From Bacilli bacterium (GTDB lineage: Bacteria > Bacillota_I > Bacilli_A > RF39 > UBA660), in the NCBI GenBank assembly GCA_017612805.1, contig JAGAFD010000002.1, forward strand, positions 287-64,286: a stretch of 64,000 bases of DNA, given 5' to 3'. Positions 1-13,378 of the stretch are shown here, one piece after another. Every line of letters begins with the position of its first letter. Within the stretch, counting starts at the first letter, position 1. Position numbers and translations under genes: made by a program. Under the pieces are notes generated by a model, which saw only the letters and a program-made list of their open reading frames with translations, was not told the origin of the DNA and searched no databases.

Positions 1-1670
1 ATATTTTCAATACCGCGATAAATAATTGGACTTCTACTATTTGTTAAACAGCCAGATTTCATTCCTAAAGAATCCGTAGTACCACTTCTCTGACCCGATG
101 ACCAAATAACATTATCAACCGCTATATCTACAGGATTTCCATCAAAATATATGGCAGTTCCAATTATGGTTCCGTCGTCATAAGCCTCTTTAGAAGTAAC
201 ATTTCTAAAACGTGCTACGCCAAAATTACCATTAGCTGAAGTTCCGATTGATATTTGTTGACCAATTATAAAATTATTAGCTACCGCAGTATCAACGATA
301 ATACGATTAACATTATTTTCCGCTAATAACGCTTTATCATTAGTATTATTTCTAAAATTAGTAGCTCCAGTACCTAAAGTAGTTTGAGAGTTATAATCCG
401 CATATTCAACTAAATAAAGCATTTGTAAAGCAAAATAATGGTAATCTAACTGACCAAAGTTAGTTCCTACTGCTCTTGATAAAGTTCTAAATGATGTAAT
501 ATTACGATTAACTTCTGGTTCAGTACCACTATATGAATGAATTTGTGTTCCATCATAAGAACTATCATATCTTCCAACACTAAAAGCATTCATTTTAGTA
601 AAACCAGCTACCGGATATTTAGATATTTGGATATATTCATATTCACTATCTTGATATCTTTTATAATAAAATTCAGGAATTTTAGTTAATACTTCCCCAT
701 TAGTACCATCAAATTTAAAGTTTGAATCGCCAATCTTTGCTGTATCTAAACCTGATGTACGATCATAATTATAAGAATAAATTTCTGACCAAGGGGCAAT
801 ATTATCAAAATCATTAACTACCGCAGTACCATCATGGGTCGCATTAGCTACCTTACCAACACTATCATCAGTTCTTTCCCATGTACTTGAAGAAGTAATT
901 AAACTTCTTTTAACCCCATAGATTGGTTTCTTATCAAATATCGCTTTTAAAGTATGATTACTTGCTGTAGTTACTTTAGTTGATGAATCAACATAATACG
1001 GTTCGTAAGGAGTTGCAGTAGAACCTTCTTCTAATTGAATTCTATATATACCATCATATGATTTAATAAATATTCCAATTGCGGTAGTTTCTGATAACGT
1101 AAATGTTGAACTTATGTTAGTTACATTTGTAATATCTTTACTAACAATACTTGTATTATCGCTTTTATATACCATTAAAGTTGCGTATGATTCACTTGTC
1201 GGATTTTGACCAAAATCAAGGCTTATATTATATGTACCAGCATTTAATGATAGCAGCCAATTGGAATTACTATATTCCCAGATTCTTGAATCGGTGGTTG
1301 GTGTTGAATCGCTTATATATCCATTTTCATCCACATTAATACCAAAGTCTATTGCAACACTTGTTAATTCTACCGGATTTAATAAGTTTTTTCCATTCCA
1401 TCCATCAAAGACATAACCAGAAGGTACAGTTGGTTCACATAATTCACCATATTCTTTTCCAAGTTTAACACTTTTAGAATTACAATTAGCATCATCATAA
1501 CTTAAAGTATATGTATTACCAGGAAAATAGCCACCAATAATATTGCCAAAGTTTTTAACAGCTGTAAAGTTTGCTAATGAAACCCCAATAAGCATCACAA
1601 AAACTACCAATAAAACAATTGGTATTAAAAATATTTTTTTATGAGTATTAAATATTTTTATTTTAGCCAT
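1..1670 (-). CDS. Cell-surface protein, partial (C-terminus runs off window start); N-terminal signal-anchor, contains Listeria-Bacteroides (Flg_new-type) repeat signature
   Basis: ATG at 1668-1670 on the minus strand. Hand translation gives MAKIKIFNTHKKIFLIPIVLLVVFVMLIGVSLANFTAVKNF..., open to position 1. Contains ...CEPTVPSGYVFDGWNGKN..., the GY(T/V)FxGW hallmark of the Listeria-Bacteroides repeat. Absent from the ORF track only because it lacks an in-window stop. Confidence 0.55.
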   Translation of the reverse strand, partial: MAKIKIFNTHKKIFLIPIVLLVVFVMLIGVSLANFTAVKNFGNIIGGYFPGNTYTLSYDDANCNSKSVKLGKEYGELCEPTVPSGYVFDGWNGKNLLNPVELTSVAIDFGINVDENGYISDSTPTTDSRIWEYSNSNWLLSLNAGTYNISLDFGQNPTSESYATLMVYKSDNTSIVSKDITNVTNISSTFTLSETTAIGIFIKSYDGIYRIQLEEGSTATPYEPYYVDSSTKVTTASNHTLKAIFDKKPIYGVKRSLITSSSTWERTDDSVGKVANATHDGTAVVNDFDNIAPWSEIYSYNYDRTSGLDTAKIGDSNFKFDGTNGEVLTKIPEFYYKRYQDSEYEYIQISKYPVAGFTKMNAFSVGRYDSSYDGTQIHSYSGTEPEVNRNITSFRTLSRAVGTNFGQLDYHYFALQMLYLVEYADYNSQTTLGTGATNFRNNTNDKALLAENNVNRIIVDTAVANNFIIGQQISIGTSANGNFGVARFRNVTSKEAYDDGTIIGTAIYFDGNPVDIAVDNVIWSSGQRSGTTDSLGMKSGCLTNSRSPIIYRGIEN

Positions 1671-1808
1671 TTTTATATACTCTCCCAATTTTAATTATAA
1701 CATAAAAAAACTAACTTTAAAAGTTAGTTTCATGTATTATCCTTTAATATCCCTAACATCTTAGTAATATTAAAAATAACGGAACACGAGTTAATACATG
1801 TGTGTCCG

Positions 1809-2741
1809 TTATTTATTTTGCTTATTTTTATTGGTTTTTATATTAGCAGTTTTTTCCAACTCTTCTTCTTTTCTAATTTCTTCTAATGGTTTCATTTTAG
1901 TAGTAATTTCTAAATCAAGGGTTTCTTTACGTTGATTTAGAGCCATACCAATCACGAATACATATGATATTAAGTATAACCATAATAATAAAATAATAAT
2001 ATTAGCGGCACCACCATAGAAAGCATTATAATTAGCAATATGATTAACATATAATGAATATAATCCCGTTACAATGATAAAACCAACCGTAGAAAAGATT
2101 GCACCATAAGTTGTGGTTGTACCATACATTTTACGATCTGGAGCAATAACATACAGAATCTTAATTAGAATAAACATAATAAACCATGATATTGGTCCTT
2201 TTAAGAAGTTAATTGTAAATGAAATACGATTAATTATTTTAGCTGATATATTTAAATATCCAATTAGAACAATTATCTTTGAACCAAATACCGGAATAAT
2301 AAGAATAAATAATACTAGCGTTATTAAAATAATTTCCATTAAAATTGCTTTTACTTTACGATAGAAGTAATTTCTATTCTTAATACCATAAATTGTATTA
2401 GAAGTAACAATGATTGATGCCGTACCATTAGATGCTACAAAGTAACCTACAACTAAATAAATAATAAATTTAAGACCGGGGTTACTAGTAATTGTAGGAA
2501 TAATAATACCTGCAAAATTTTCATTAAATACGTTAGTGAAAAAATCATTTATTGAATTAATATCAAGATTTAATAAACTACCAACATAAGCCACTAAAGA
2601 AAATGTTGGAATAATAGAAAGGCCTAAGAAGAAGGCTAATTGTCCTGGTAAGATACGCATTTCACGACGCATGAGAATTTCAAAAAAGTTTTTTACGTAT
2701 CTTTTAATTTGCTCTTTTAACTTTTTTAGCTCGTTTTTCAT
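1809..2741 (-). CDS. YihY/BrkB-family (ribonuclease BN-like) integral membrane protein
   Basis: 310 aa, multi-TM. N-terminal ...RREMRILPGQLAFFLGLSIIPTFSLVAYVGSLL... is typical of the YihY/virulence-factor BrkB family. Lies 16 nt downstream of the GGDEF-like gene. Confidence 0.65.
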   Translation of the reverse strand: MKNELKKLKEQIKRYVKNFFEILMRREMRILPGQLAFFLGLSIIPTFSLVAYVGSLLNLDINSINDFFTNVFNENFAGIIIPTITSNPGLKFIIYLVVGYFVASNGTASIIVTSNTIYGIKNRNYFYRKVKAILMEIILITLVLFILIIPVFGSKIIVLIGYLNISAKIINRISFTINFLKGPISWFIMFILIKILYVIAPDRKMYGTTTTYGAIFSTVGFIIVTGLYSLYVNHIANYNAFYGGAANIIILLLWLYLISYVFVIGMALNQRKETLDLEITTKMKPLEEIRKEEELEKTANIKTNKNKQNK

Positions 2742-2757
2742 AAGCCTCTCCTTTCTT

Positions 2758-4782
2758 TTATTCTTTTGTTTCTTCTTTTTGATTTTTCATATCATCAATA
2801 GCTTCATTTAAAGCATCATCAACACTCTTAAGTTCGCTAGTGATGAAACTCTTTCCGATTGTTGCACCATATTCATATGGTAAATATTTAAATTCTTTAT
2901 TTAATTTTCTAATATAACTTGCAATTTGTTTTTCGGAATAACCAATCGTATAAACCATGAATTCATTACCATCAGTTCGAATAATTTCTGAATTATCAAG
3001 TTGTGTTTTGATTAAGATATTCGCAGCAGCTTGAATTTGCTTATCGCCTTTTTCATAACCTAACGTATCATTAATTTCATGAACATGATTTAAATCAATA
3101 ATCAAAATACTTTGTGGATAAATTGTGTTTTTATTCCAACTTGATACGTTTTCCGTAAAGTAATTACGATTCTTTAATAAAGTTAATTGGTCAATATAAC
3201 GAATCTTATCTTCTTTTTTAATACGTTTAGATACTCTTACTTTTTTACGTAAACGATAAGAAGCTAACCAACCTAAAACATATACTAATACTGCTAAACT
3301 AATATATTTAATAATTTGTTTATAAACGTTACCTTGTCTTATTAATTCAGTATGATTCATAATACCTTCTTGATAAGCAACGTTTGGATCAATCGTTTTT
3401 AAATAGTTGGTAAACATACGATTTAAAACATCATTATCCGTTATTTTAAATGAATAAGCATCTTTAATTGTACCTTTATAACGTGATGTATAATTATCTA
3501 ATTTATCTTTTTGGTAATAATCATAAATCTTACTATCTAATACAATTAATACATTTTTACGATTAAGTCTAAATAATTCCCTATTATCTTTATAAGTCTT
3601 AACATTAATGCCTCTACTTCTTAAATAAGCAGCAATTTTTGAATTATTTAAAGCATATACATCATAATTTTTTAAACCGTTTAAACTACTTAACACTAAA
3701 TCATTTTTAAGTGATGATATAACATCATATTCAATATAATTTAGGGTTGGAATAGTTGCATATGGAGTTTCTAAATCATAATAATTAAAGTAAATATCAA
3801 CTTCTTTATTACTTAGTGCCTTACTAAATTGATTAAAGTTTTTATATCTTTTAAAACTAAAATCTAAATCAGCAAATTTACTAAATTCTGAAATATAATA
3901 ACTTACAATACCACCATAATTGCCGGAAGCAATTACTTCATATGGAGATTGATTAATAAAACCATATGTGTAGTTTTTGGAATTAATTTTATCAATTTCA
4001 ACACTTGATAAATGTAATTCTTGAATAAATAAATCATATTGATTCTTTTTAATAGATTTATCCAAGTTTTCATCTTTCCATTTATTAAAGAACTTAACCA
4101 TAATATGATATAAATCACTATTATCATCACCAGTGATAATATAATAAGTATTTAAATCACTAATATGATATAAAACATTATAATCTTTACCAATGATGGT
4201 TTCTAGAGATTCATTTAATGGTATAATTGCATAATTAATCTCATTATTAGCATCAAGTGCTTGTTTTAAAGTATCCATTGAATCAAATACTCTAAAATTA
4301 ACATTTTCAATCGTTTCAAAATACTTAGTTATTAAATCAGTATAAGAAGCGATAATACCAACATTTTTATCTTTTAAATAAGATTCATCAGGAATATAAT
4401 GACTTCCTTTACCAATAACTACAAAATGATCACGATAAATAATATTATAATCTTTATTATAATCGGTTACTTTCTTAAAAATTACTGGTGAAGTTGCTTC
4501 TTCCCCACTTTTATAAGTTACTGGATTAATTTTTAATTCATGTTCTTCTGAAATGGCATCAATAATATCATAGAATACGCCTGATCCATTTTTACCAAAT
4601 ACATCTAAATCATCTAATACTGATACATTAGATACATTATTTTTATTTTCACTAATCCACTTTTTTTCAAAAGTAGTTAATTTATTTTTATCGCTAACAA
4701 ATCTAATTAAGTAAAATAAACCAATACCTAATACAATTAAAGCAATAAATATAACTGCATATCTTTTATAACCTGGTCTCAT
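2758..4782 (-). CDS. Membrane sensor protein with large extracytoplasmic domain and C-terminal degenerate GGDEF domain (GNEFM instead of GG[D/E]EF)
   Basis: 674 aa. TM near residue 10 and a second TM near residue 480 (IIKYISLAVLVYVLGWLASY). C-terminus LIIDLNHVHEINDTLGYEKGDKQI...RTDGNEFMVYTIGY...TIGKS aligns to the GGDEF fold, but the GHxxGD His is Tyr and the active-site motif is DGNEF. Confidence 0.6.
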   Translation of the reverse strand: MRPGYKRYAVIFIALIVLGIGLFYLIRFVSDKNKLTTFEKKWISENKNNVSNVSVLDDLDVFGKNGSGVFYDIIDAISEEHELKINPVTYKSGEEATSPVIFKKVTDYNKDYNIIYRDHFVVIGKGSHYIPDESYLKDKNVGIIASYTDLITKYFETIENVNFRVFDSMDTLKQALDANNEINYAIIPLNESLETIIGKDYNVLYHISDLNTYYIITGDDNSDLYHIMVKFFNKWKDENLDKSIKKNQYDLFIQELHLSSVEIDKINSKNYTYGFINQSPYEVIASGNYGGIVSYYISEFSKFADLDFSFKRYKNFNQFSKALSNKEVDIYFNYYDLETPYATIPTLNYIEYDVISSLKNDLVLSSLNGLKNYDVYALNNSKIAAYLRSRGINVKTYKDNRELFRLNRKNVLIVLDSKIYDYYQKDKLDNYTSRYKGTIKDAYSFKITDNDVLNRMFTNYLKTIDPNVAYQEGIMNHTELIRQGNVYKQIIKYISLAVLVYVLGWLASYRLRKKVRVSKRIKKEDKIRYIDQLTLLKNRNYFTENVSSWNKNTIYPQSILIIDLNHVHEINDTLGYEKGDKQIQAAANILIKTQLDNSEIIRTDGNEFMVYTIGYSEKQIASYIRKLNKEFKYLPYEYGATIGKSFITSELKSVDDALNEAIDDMKNQKEETKE

Positions 4783-4784
4783 AA

Positions 4785-5267
4785 CTATTCTTCACTTTCA
4801 CTAAATTCAGTATTGTTATTCCAAACAAGACCGTTACCTAATACATTTTTACTACCCATTATTTTAATTTCAGGAGTCTTTTCGGTTTTTTCTTGAATTA
4901 AAATAAATTGAATATCATATTTTTTTTGTACATCTTCAGAAATAGCATTTAATGGATTAATTGCTTTACCTTCAGCTTCTAAAACACTTGATACTCCATC
5001 AAGATAAAGGGTTATATAAATAATTTTTCCACTTACATGAACATTTGTATCTAATACATTATTATCTTTATTTGCTTCTGCAATAATAGTATCTTTCATT
5101 TTTTCGGTTACTTTAACGTCTTTAACATTATTTAGACGATCACCGTATTTATCTTTACCACTTTTAAAGAATAAAGATATTGCAAAAATCCCCATTGCAA
5201 TCATACAAAGTAATACGATTCCCATTAGGATAATAAAGATACGATATTGACGCCAAAATTTCTTCAT
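4785..5267 (-). CDS. Small membrane-anchored extracytoplasmic protein, unknown function
   Basis: 160 aa with an N-terminal hydrophobic helix (IFIILMGIVLLCMIAMGIFAISLFF). Its stop is 3 nt upstream of the GGDEF-like gene start, implying an operon. The motif SLFFKSGKD after the TM resembles the SLAFFKSEEE of the TasA-like protein at 20672..21922. Confidence 0.45.
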   Translation of the reverse strand: MKKFWRQYRIFIILMGIVLLCMIAMGIFAISLFFKSGKDKYGDRLNNVKDVKVTEKMKDTIIAEANKDNNVLDTNVHVSGKIIYITLYLDGVSSVLEAEGKAINPLNAISEDVQKKYDIQFILIQEKTEKTPEIKIMGSKNVLGNGLVWNNNTEFSESEE

Positions 5268-5382
5268 AAATGACCTCCATAAGTATTCATAATTATACTA
5301 CAATCCAGGTTTAAGTTCAATTAACACAATTTTGTAAAAGCAAAATTAAGTTTACTGTTTTTATTACAAACTATACACTAAC

Positions 5383-5411
5383 TTGACATATTTAGTGAAT
5401 TATGGTATTAT
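5383..5411 (+). promoter_or_regulatory. Sigma-A-type promoter (TTGACA-17 nt-TATTAT) for the SpoIVB-like gene
   Basis: ttgaca at 5383-5388, a 17-nt spacer, tattat at 5406-5411. RBS gaggggga lies ahead of the ATG at 5438. Confidence 0.5.
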
Positions 5412-5437
5412 AGCCCTACTCTGAGGGGGAGAGTAAA

Positions 5438-6391
5438 ATGATGGGGGTTTTTAAAAAATTAATTGTTGCATTCTTAATGGTTCCAACATACATTGGTTTA
5501 AATTATGGAATGCAAAATAACTATGTTAATATTAATGCACCAAAACCAGTAGTTACTAATGAACCAGCGGTTTATCTTGGTGGTGAGGCAATTAGCATTA
5601 ATATGGACGCTAGTGGTGTGATTATAACTAAAGATAAAGGGATTGTTTCAGCTGGTGATATACTATACAAAATAAATGATCAAGCAGTAAGTAATCGTAC
5701 TCAATTAGATTCAATTAAACAAACAATTAATGTTTCCGATATTTCAATTACTTATTTACATAACAATGAAATCATAACTACGACAATTTCTAGTGAAGAT
5801 TTAAAAAATATTGAAGGTATTAATAAATTAGTTGGTAATGCAACTATTACTTATATTAATCCATCAAACTTTAAATATGCTGCGGTTGGTCACAGTATTA
5901 TTGAAAATGTCAATATTAAAAATAATCATATTGGTACCATTAACCATAACTATATTAATAGTATTATTAAAAGTGAAGGTAATACCGTTGGTAAGTTTAT
6001 TACTACTAGAAAAAATGAAATTGGTACGATTGATACCATTAATGAAACCGGATTATATGGAACATATACTTCCAAAAAATTACCAACGCTTATTAACGTA
6101 GGTCGATCTAAAGTTGGTAAAGCTTACATTGTTACTACTCTCGATACTAATCAAAAAGCTTATTACGAAATTAATATTACTAATATTATTAATCGTGATG
6201 CGATGCAAATTGAATTTAAAATTAAAGATCAAAATCTAATCAATAAAACTAATGGTATCTTAAAAGGAATGAGTGGATCACCAATCGTTCAAGATGGTAG
6301 ATTAGTTGGTGCTGTATCCCATGCCGTTAACGGTGTTAATGATGCGGGTTATGGTTTATTAATTGATAAAATGTTAGTTAATACCAATTAA
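5438..6391 (+). CDS. SpoIVB-like PDZ-domain serine peptidase (S55 family)
   Basis: 317 aa with a signal-anchor and a PDZ-like segment (YLGGEAISINMDASGVIITKDKGIVSAGDILYKINDQAV). The C-terminal GMSGSPIVQDGRLVGAVSHAVNGVNDAGYGLLIDKML closely matches the catalytic-Ser region of SpoIVB ([21 protein letters not shown]...GYG). Confidence 0.6.
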   Translation: MMGVFKKLIVAFLMVPTYIGLNYGMQNNYVNINAPKPVVTNEPAVYLGGEAISINMDASGVIITKDKGIVSAGDILYKINDQAVSNRTQLDSIKQTINVSDISITYLHNNEIITTTISSEDLKNIEGINKLVGNATITYINPSNFKYAAVGHSIIENVNIKNNHIGTINHNYINSIIKSEGNTVGKFITTRKNEIGTIDTINETGLYGTYTSKKLPTLINVGRSKVGKAYIVTTLDTNQKAYYEINITNIINRDAMQIEFKIKDQNLINKTNGILKGMSGSPIVQDGRLVGAVSHAVNGVNDAGYGLLIDKMLVNTN

Positions 6392-6393
6392 AA

Positions 6394-6424
6394 AGATGAA
6401 TCAATGATTCATCTTTTTTATTTT
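6394..6424. terminator. Bidirectional intrinsic terminator between convergent genes
   Basis: Hairpin agatgaatc-aat-gattcatct (9-bp stem, 6394-6414) flanked by an A-run upstream and tttttattt downstream. Lies between the stop at 6391 (plus strand) and the stop at 6418 (minus strand). Confidence 0.55.
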
Positions 6425-8763
6425 ATATAAGCTTTAGCAGCATCAAGTAATGCTTTAGTATCATAAATACCAATTTTATAGAATTTATCAGCTTTCTTTA
6501 ATATAACTTGATTATGTTTTTTATCTAAACCTACTAAATAAGCAATTGATGCAATCTTTTCATAATCTTTGTTTAGAACGATACCTTCAGTATCATTAGT
6601 GATATAAATATTATTATTTTTATCAATGCCTACAAATCTAGTAATATTGGTTGCATTCTTAACCGTATTTAATAATTTCTTAGTTTTAGTATCATAGATT
6701 TCTAAAGTATTATCTTTAAATGAGAAAATAATAAGATCTTTTTCTTTAATATTAACATAACCGGTTGCTAATTCTTTTTTAGTAGATGGATATTTATTAA
6801 CAAGTTTTTCTAAATCATTACTATTAATAAATACCGCTTTATATTCATATTTATCTAATTTATCAACCTTATTATTGATTTTATCATAAATAACTACCCT
6901 GTTATCTTCACTTGGAATAGCTAAGATACCATTATCCGTATATTCAAATTTGGTATAGTTAGTAATATTTAAATCAAATAATTCCATATTTTGGATAGCA
7001 TCTTTCATTTTGGCACCACAAGCATAATAATTACCATTACTAGTAAAGATCAAGAAATTATCCGTATCTAAATACACTAATACTTTAATAGTAGATGAAC
7101 CAATCGCATAATTTCTTAATTGTTCACCATCTTTAGTATCCAAGATATAACCAGATGAACCAGCAGCAACATATAAAGCATTGTGATTATCACTTAAAGC
7201 AATTAAATTACTGAAATTATTGTTATATTTTTTATCCCAGATTGTTTCCATGGCTTTTAAATCCATTTTATAAATATGGGCATTATCAGCACCAGTATTA
7301 TAAGTATTATTTAATAAATATAATTCATCTTTATAAATAATATATTGTTCTCCTAATAAAGCATTAAACTTAAGTTCTTTGACTTTTAAAGTTTTTAAAT
7401 CAACAATGTTAACTATTTCTTCGGTTTGCTCTTTACCACTTATCAGCGATATCTTAACGGAAAAAATTAAATAATCATCAGTAATAGCCGTTGTTGAATT
7501 ATATAAATGATCTTTATCAATTTTATGATCATATATTTTTTTGAAGTCTAAATCATATACTTCTAAGAAAGAACCACTATAAATTAAAATATATTTATCA
7601 GAAGAGTTTATATAAGAACCATCTTTAAAAGTTTTAACTTCTTTACCTTTTAAATCTCTGATAATTACTTTGTTTTTATTATTGTAATAAGCAATATATT
7701 TATCAGCAATAAAATCAAAATAGTGTTCATTACTTACGTAATTATATAAATCTTTATATTCTTTTAATACTTTGTTATTTTTTAAATCATAAAGCGTTAA
7801 AGTACTAGAAGTATCCGCAATTAATACTTTATCCCCAGCCTCATTAGCTTTCATATATTTAGCAATTCCTAAAGTATTAATTTGATTAATGGCTTTAATC
7901 GTACCACCTAAATCATATACCCCTAAAGCGGCTGTTAGGCTATCAATAGCTTCACTAGTTTTAGGCATTTTCATACCATCATACTTTGTTAAGGCTTGGT
8001 ATGATTTAGTAATTGCTCCTAGGCGATCATCTTTTTTAAGGTCCATATTAGCTTCTTCGGCTAATTTTAATGACCATAAGTTTAAAATCGTACTTTGTTT
8101 ATTTTTAATAATTACTAAATTAGCAGTTGCATAAATTAAGAAAAATAATAGTACCGAAGTTAATGCCCCAAAGATACGAATCATGTTTTTTACTTTACGT
8201 TCATGATGTCTTCTTTTTAAATCGTCATAATTTAAATTTAACATTGGTGCAATTAAACGTAATAATTCTTTTTTAATATTAGCTAATACGGCTTTTTTAG
8301 AATTACCACGAACATCTAATGCTAATGGTTCAATTAAAACTTTTTGTTTTTTACCATCAATAATTTCTTCTTTTTCTAATAGTTCTTTAGGGAATGAATC
8401 CGCTGGTTCCCCTTCTACTAATACCGCTAATACATGTTTTCGACCATGAAGCTTAATGAAAGTTTCAATTTCTTTTTTACACCACATTGATTCTTTTAAA
8501 CGTGGTGAACAAATAACTATTAAGAAATCGGAATTTTTTAATGCTTCAACAATTGGATCTTCCAAAGAACTAGCAAGTGGTAATTCTTCTTGATCTCTAA
8601 AAACACGATTTATTTTATTTTTTTCTAATTGAAAACTTTTAAGAATTGATTTAGGAACTTTATAAGTTTCTAACAAACGATGAATATTAGTTGCTACAAA
8701 CTTATCTAAATCGTTGTGACGATAACTAATAAAAGCATCATAATGCAATTCTTTCTTTTCCAT
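6418..8763 (-). CDS. TIR-domain protein with single TM helix and C-terminal beta-propeller-like repeat domain (TIR-TM-propeller)
   Basis: 781 aa. N-terminus YDAFISYRHNDLDKF...FLIVICSPRLKESMWCKKEIETF is a TIR domain with the SxWCxxE glutamate motif. TM at about residues 195-218. The remainder has recurring ...(L/V)x(V/I)YD(L/T)K... blades (TLTLYDLKNNKV, LEVYDLDFKKI, VVIYDKINNKV, LEIYDTKTKKL, IGIYDTKALL), typical of a WD40/YD-type propeller. Confidence 0.6.
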   Translation of the reverse strand: MEKKELHYDAFISYRHNDLDKFVATNIHRLLETYKVPKSILKSFQLEKNKINRVFRDQEELPLASSLEDPIVEALKNSDFLIVICSPRLKESMWCKKEIETFIKLHGRKHVLAVLVEGEPADSFPKELLEKEEIIDGKKQKVLIEPLALDVRGNSKKAVLANIKKELLRLIAPMLNLNYDDLKRRHHERKVKNMIRIFGALTSVLLFFLIYATANLVIIKNKQSTILNLWSLKLAEEANMDLKKDDRLGAITKSYQALTKYDGMKMPKTSEAIDSLTAALGVYDLGGTIKAINQINTLGIAKYMKANEAGDKVLIADTSSTLTLYDLKNNKVLKEYKDLYNYVSNEHYFDFIADKYIAYYNNKNKVIIRDLKGKEVKTFKDGSYINSSDKYILIYSGSFLEVYDLDFKKIYDHKIDKDHLYNSTTAITDDYLIFSVKISLISGKEQTEEIVNIVDLKTLKVKELKFNALLGEQYIIYKDELYLLNNTYNTGADNAHIYKMDLKAMETIWDKKYNNNFSNLIALSDNHNALYVAAGSSGYILDTKDGEQLRNYAIGSSTIKVLVYLDTDNFLIFTSNGNYYACGAKMKDAIQNMELFDLNITNYTKFEYTDNGILAIPSEDNRVVIYDKINNKVDKLDKYEYKAVFINSNDLEKLVNKYPSTKKELATGYVNIKEKDLIIFSFKDNTLEIYDTKTKKLLNTVKNATNITRFVGIDKNNNIYITNDTEGIVLNKDYEKIASIAYLVGLDKKHNQVILKKADKFYKIGIYDTKALLDAAKAYIK

Positions 8764-8840
8764 AAGATCACCTTCGAATGTATTATATCATAATTATAAA
8801 CAAGATAGCATTTTTAAATTATTTTTGTCAATAAAGTGGC

Positions 8841-8879
8841 AAAATAAAAAAGACACCTAACTAGTAATAGTTAAGTGTC
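8841..8879 (-). terminator. Intrinsic terminator downstream of ligA
   Basis: Hairpin gacacctaact / agttaagtgtc (10 of 11 bp) at 8852-8879, followed on the minus strand by a T-run (complement of aaaataaaaaa at 8841-8851). Confidence 0.5.
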
Positions 8880-8985
8880 GACCCAATTAAGGTAGGCATT
8901 CAGCAATTAACTAAATGCTCTCCTTTTATTTTATGAAGTTTCCTTCATGTAAATACATATTAACATATAATTATTAATTAATCAA

Positions 8986-13052
<4,067 letters not shown>

Positions 13053-13153
13053 ATAATCATCACCATTCTTATATTATTATATCAAAATTAGTGGTTAAAA
13101 ACTATTACTTTACATCATTTTTAGACATTAAAAAAGATAACTTTTTGGTTATC

Positions 13154-13378
13154 TTAATTGTATTTTTCTTTAAATAAATTTAATGCCTCATTGTATTCAT
13201 CATCTTCAATAACTTCTAAGTATTCACTTGTACCAAGTTTTTTTACTTTACGAATTAAAAAGTTATTAGGATTATCAACATCAATAAGATAAACATAATC
13301 TAAAATACGATGTGATATTAAATAATCAATGCCATTAATCATTACAAAGCTAACTTTATTCATGTTAACCTCCAACAT
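13154..13378 (-). CDS. DUF1292-family small protein (YrzB-like)
   Basis: 74 aa. ...YLIDVDNPNNFLIRKV...LEVIEDDEYNEALNLFKEKY fits the DUF1292 pattern (acidic DDEE-x-F C-terminus). Confidence 0.5.
   Translation of the reverse strand: MLEVNMNKVSFVMINGIDYLISHRILDYVYLIDVDNPNNFLIRKVKKLGTSEYLEVIEDDEYNEALNLFKEKYN

Noticed and set aside
1151-1339. 62-aa plus-strand ORF from the track
   Set aside because: Lies antisense inside the long open minus-strand frame (surface protein, 1..1670); low-complexity translation, no RBS.
2113-2364. 83-aa plus-strand ORF
   Set aside because: Antisense within the YihY-family gene; Ile/Asn-rich artefact of the AT-rich sequence.
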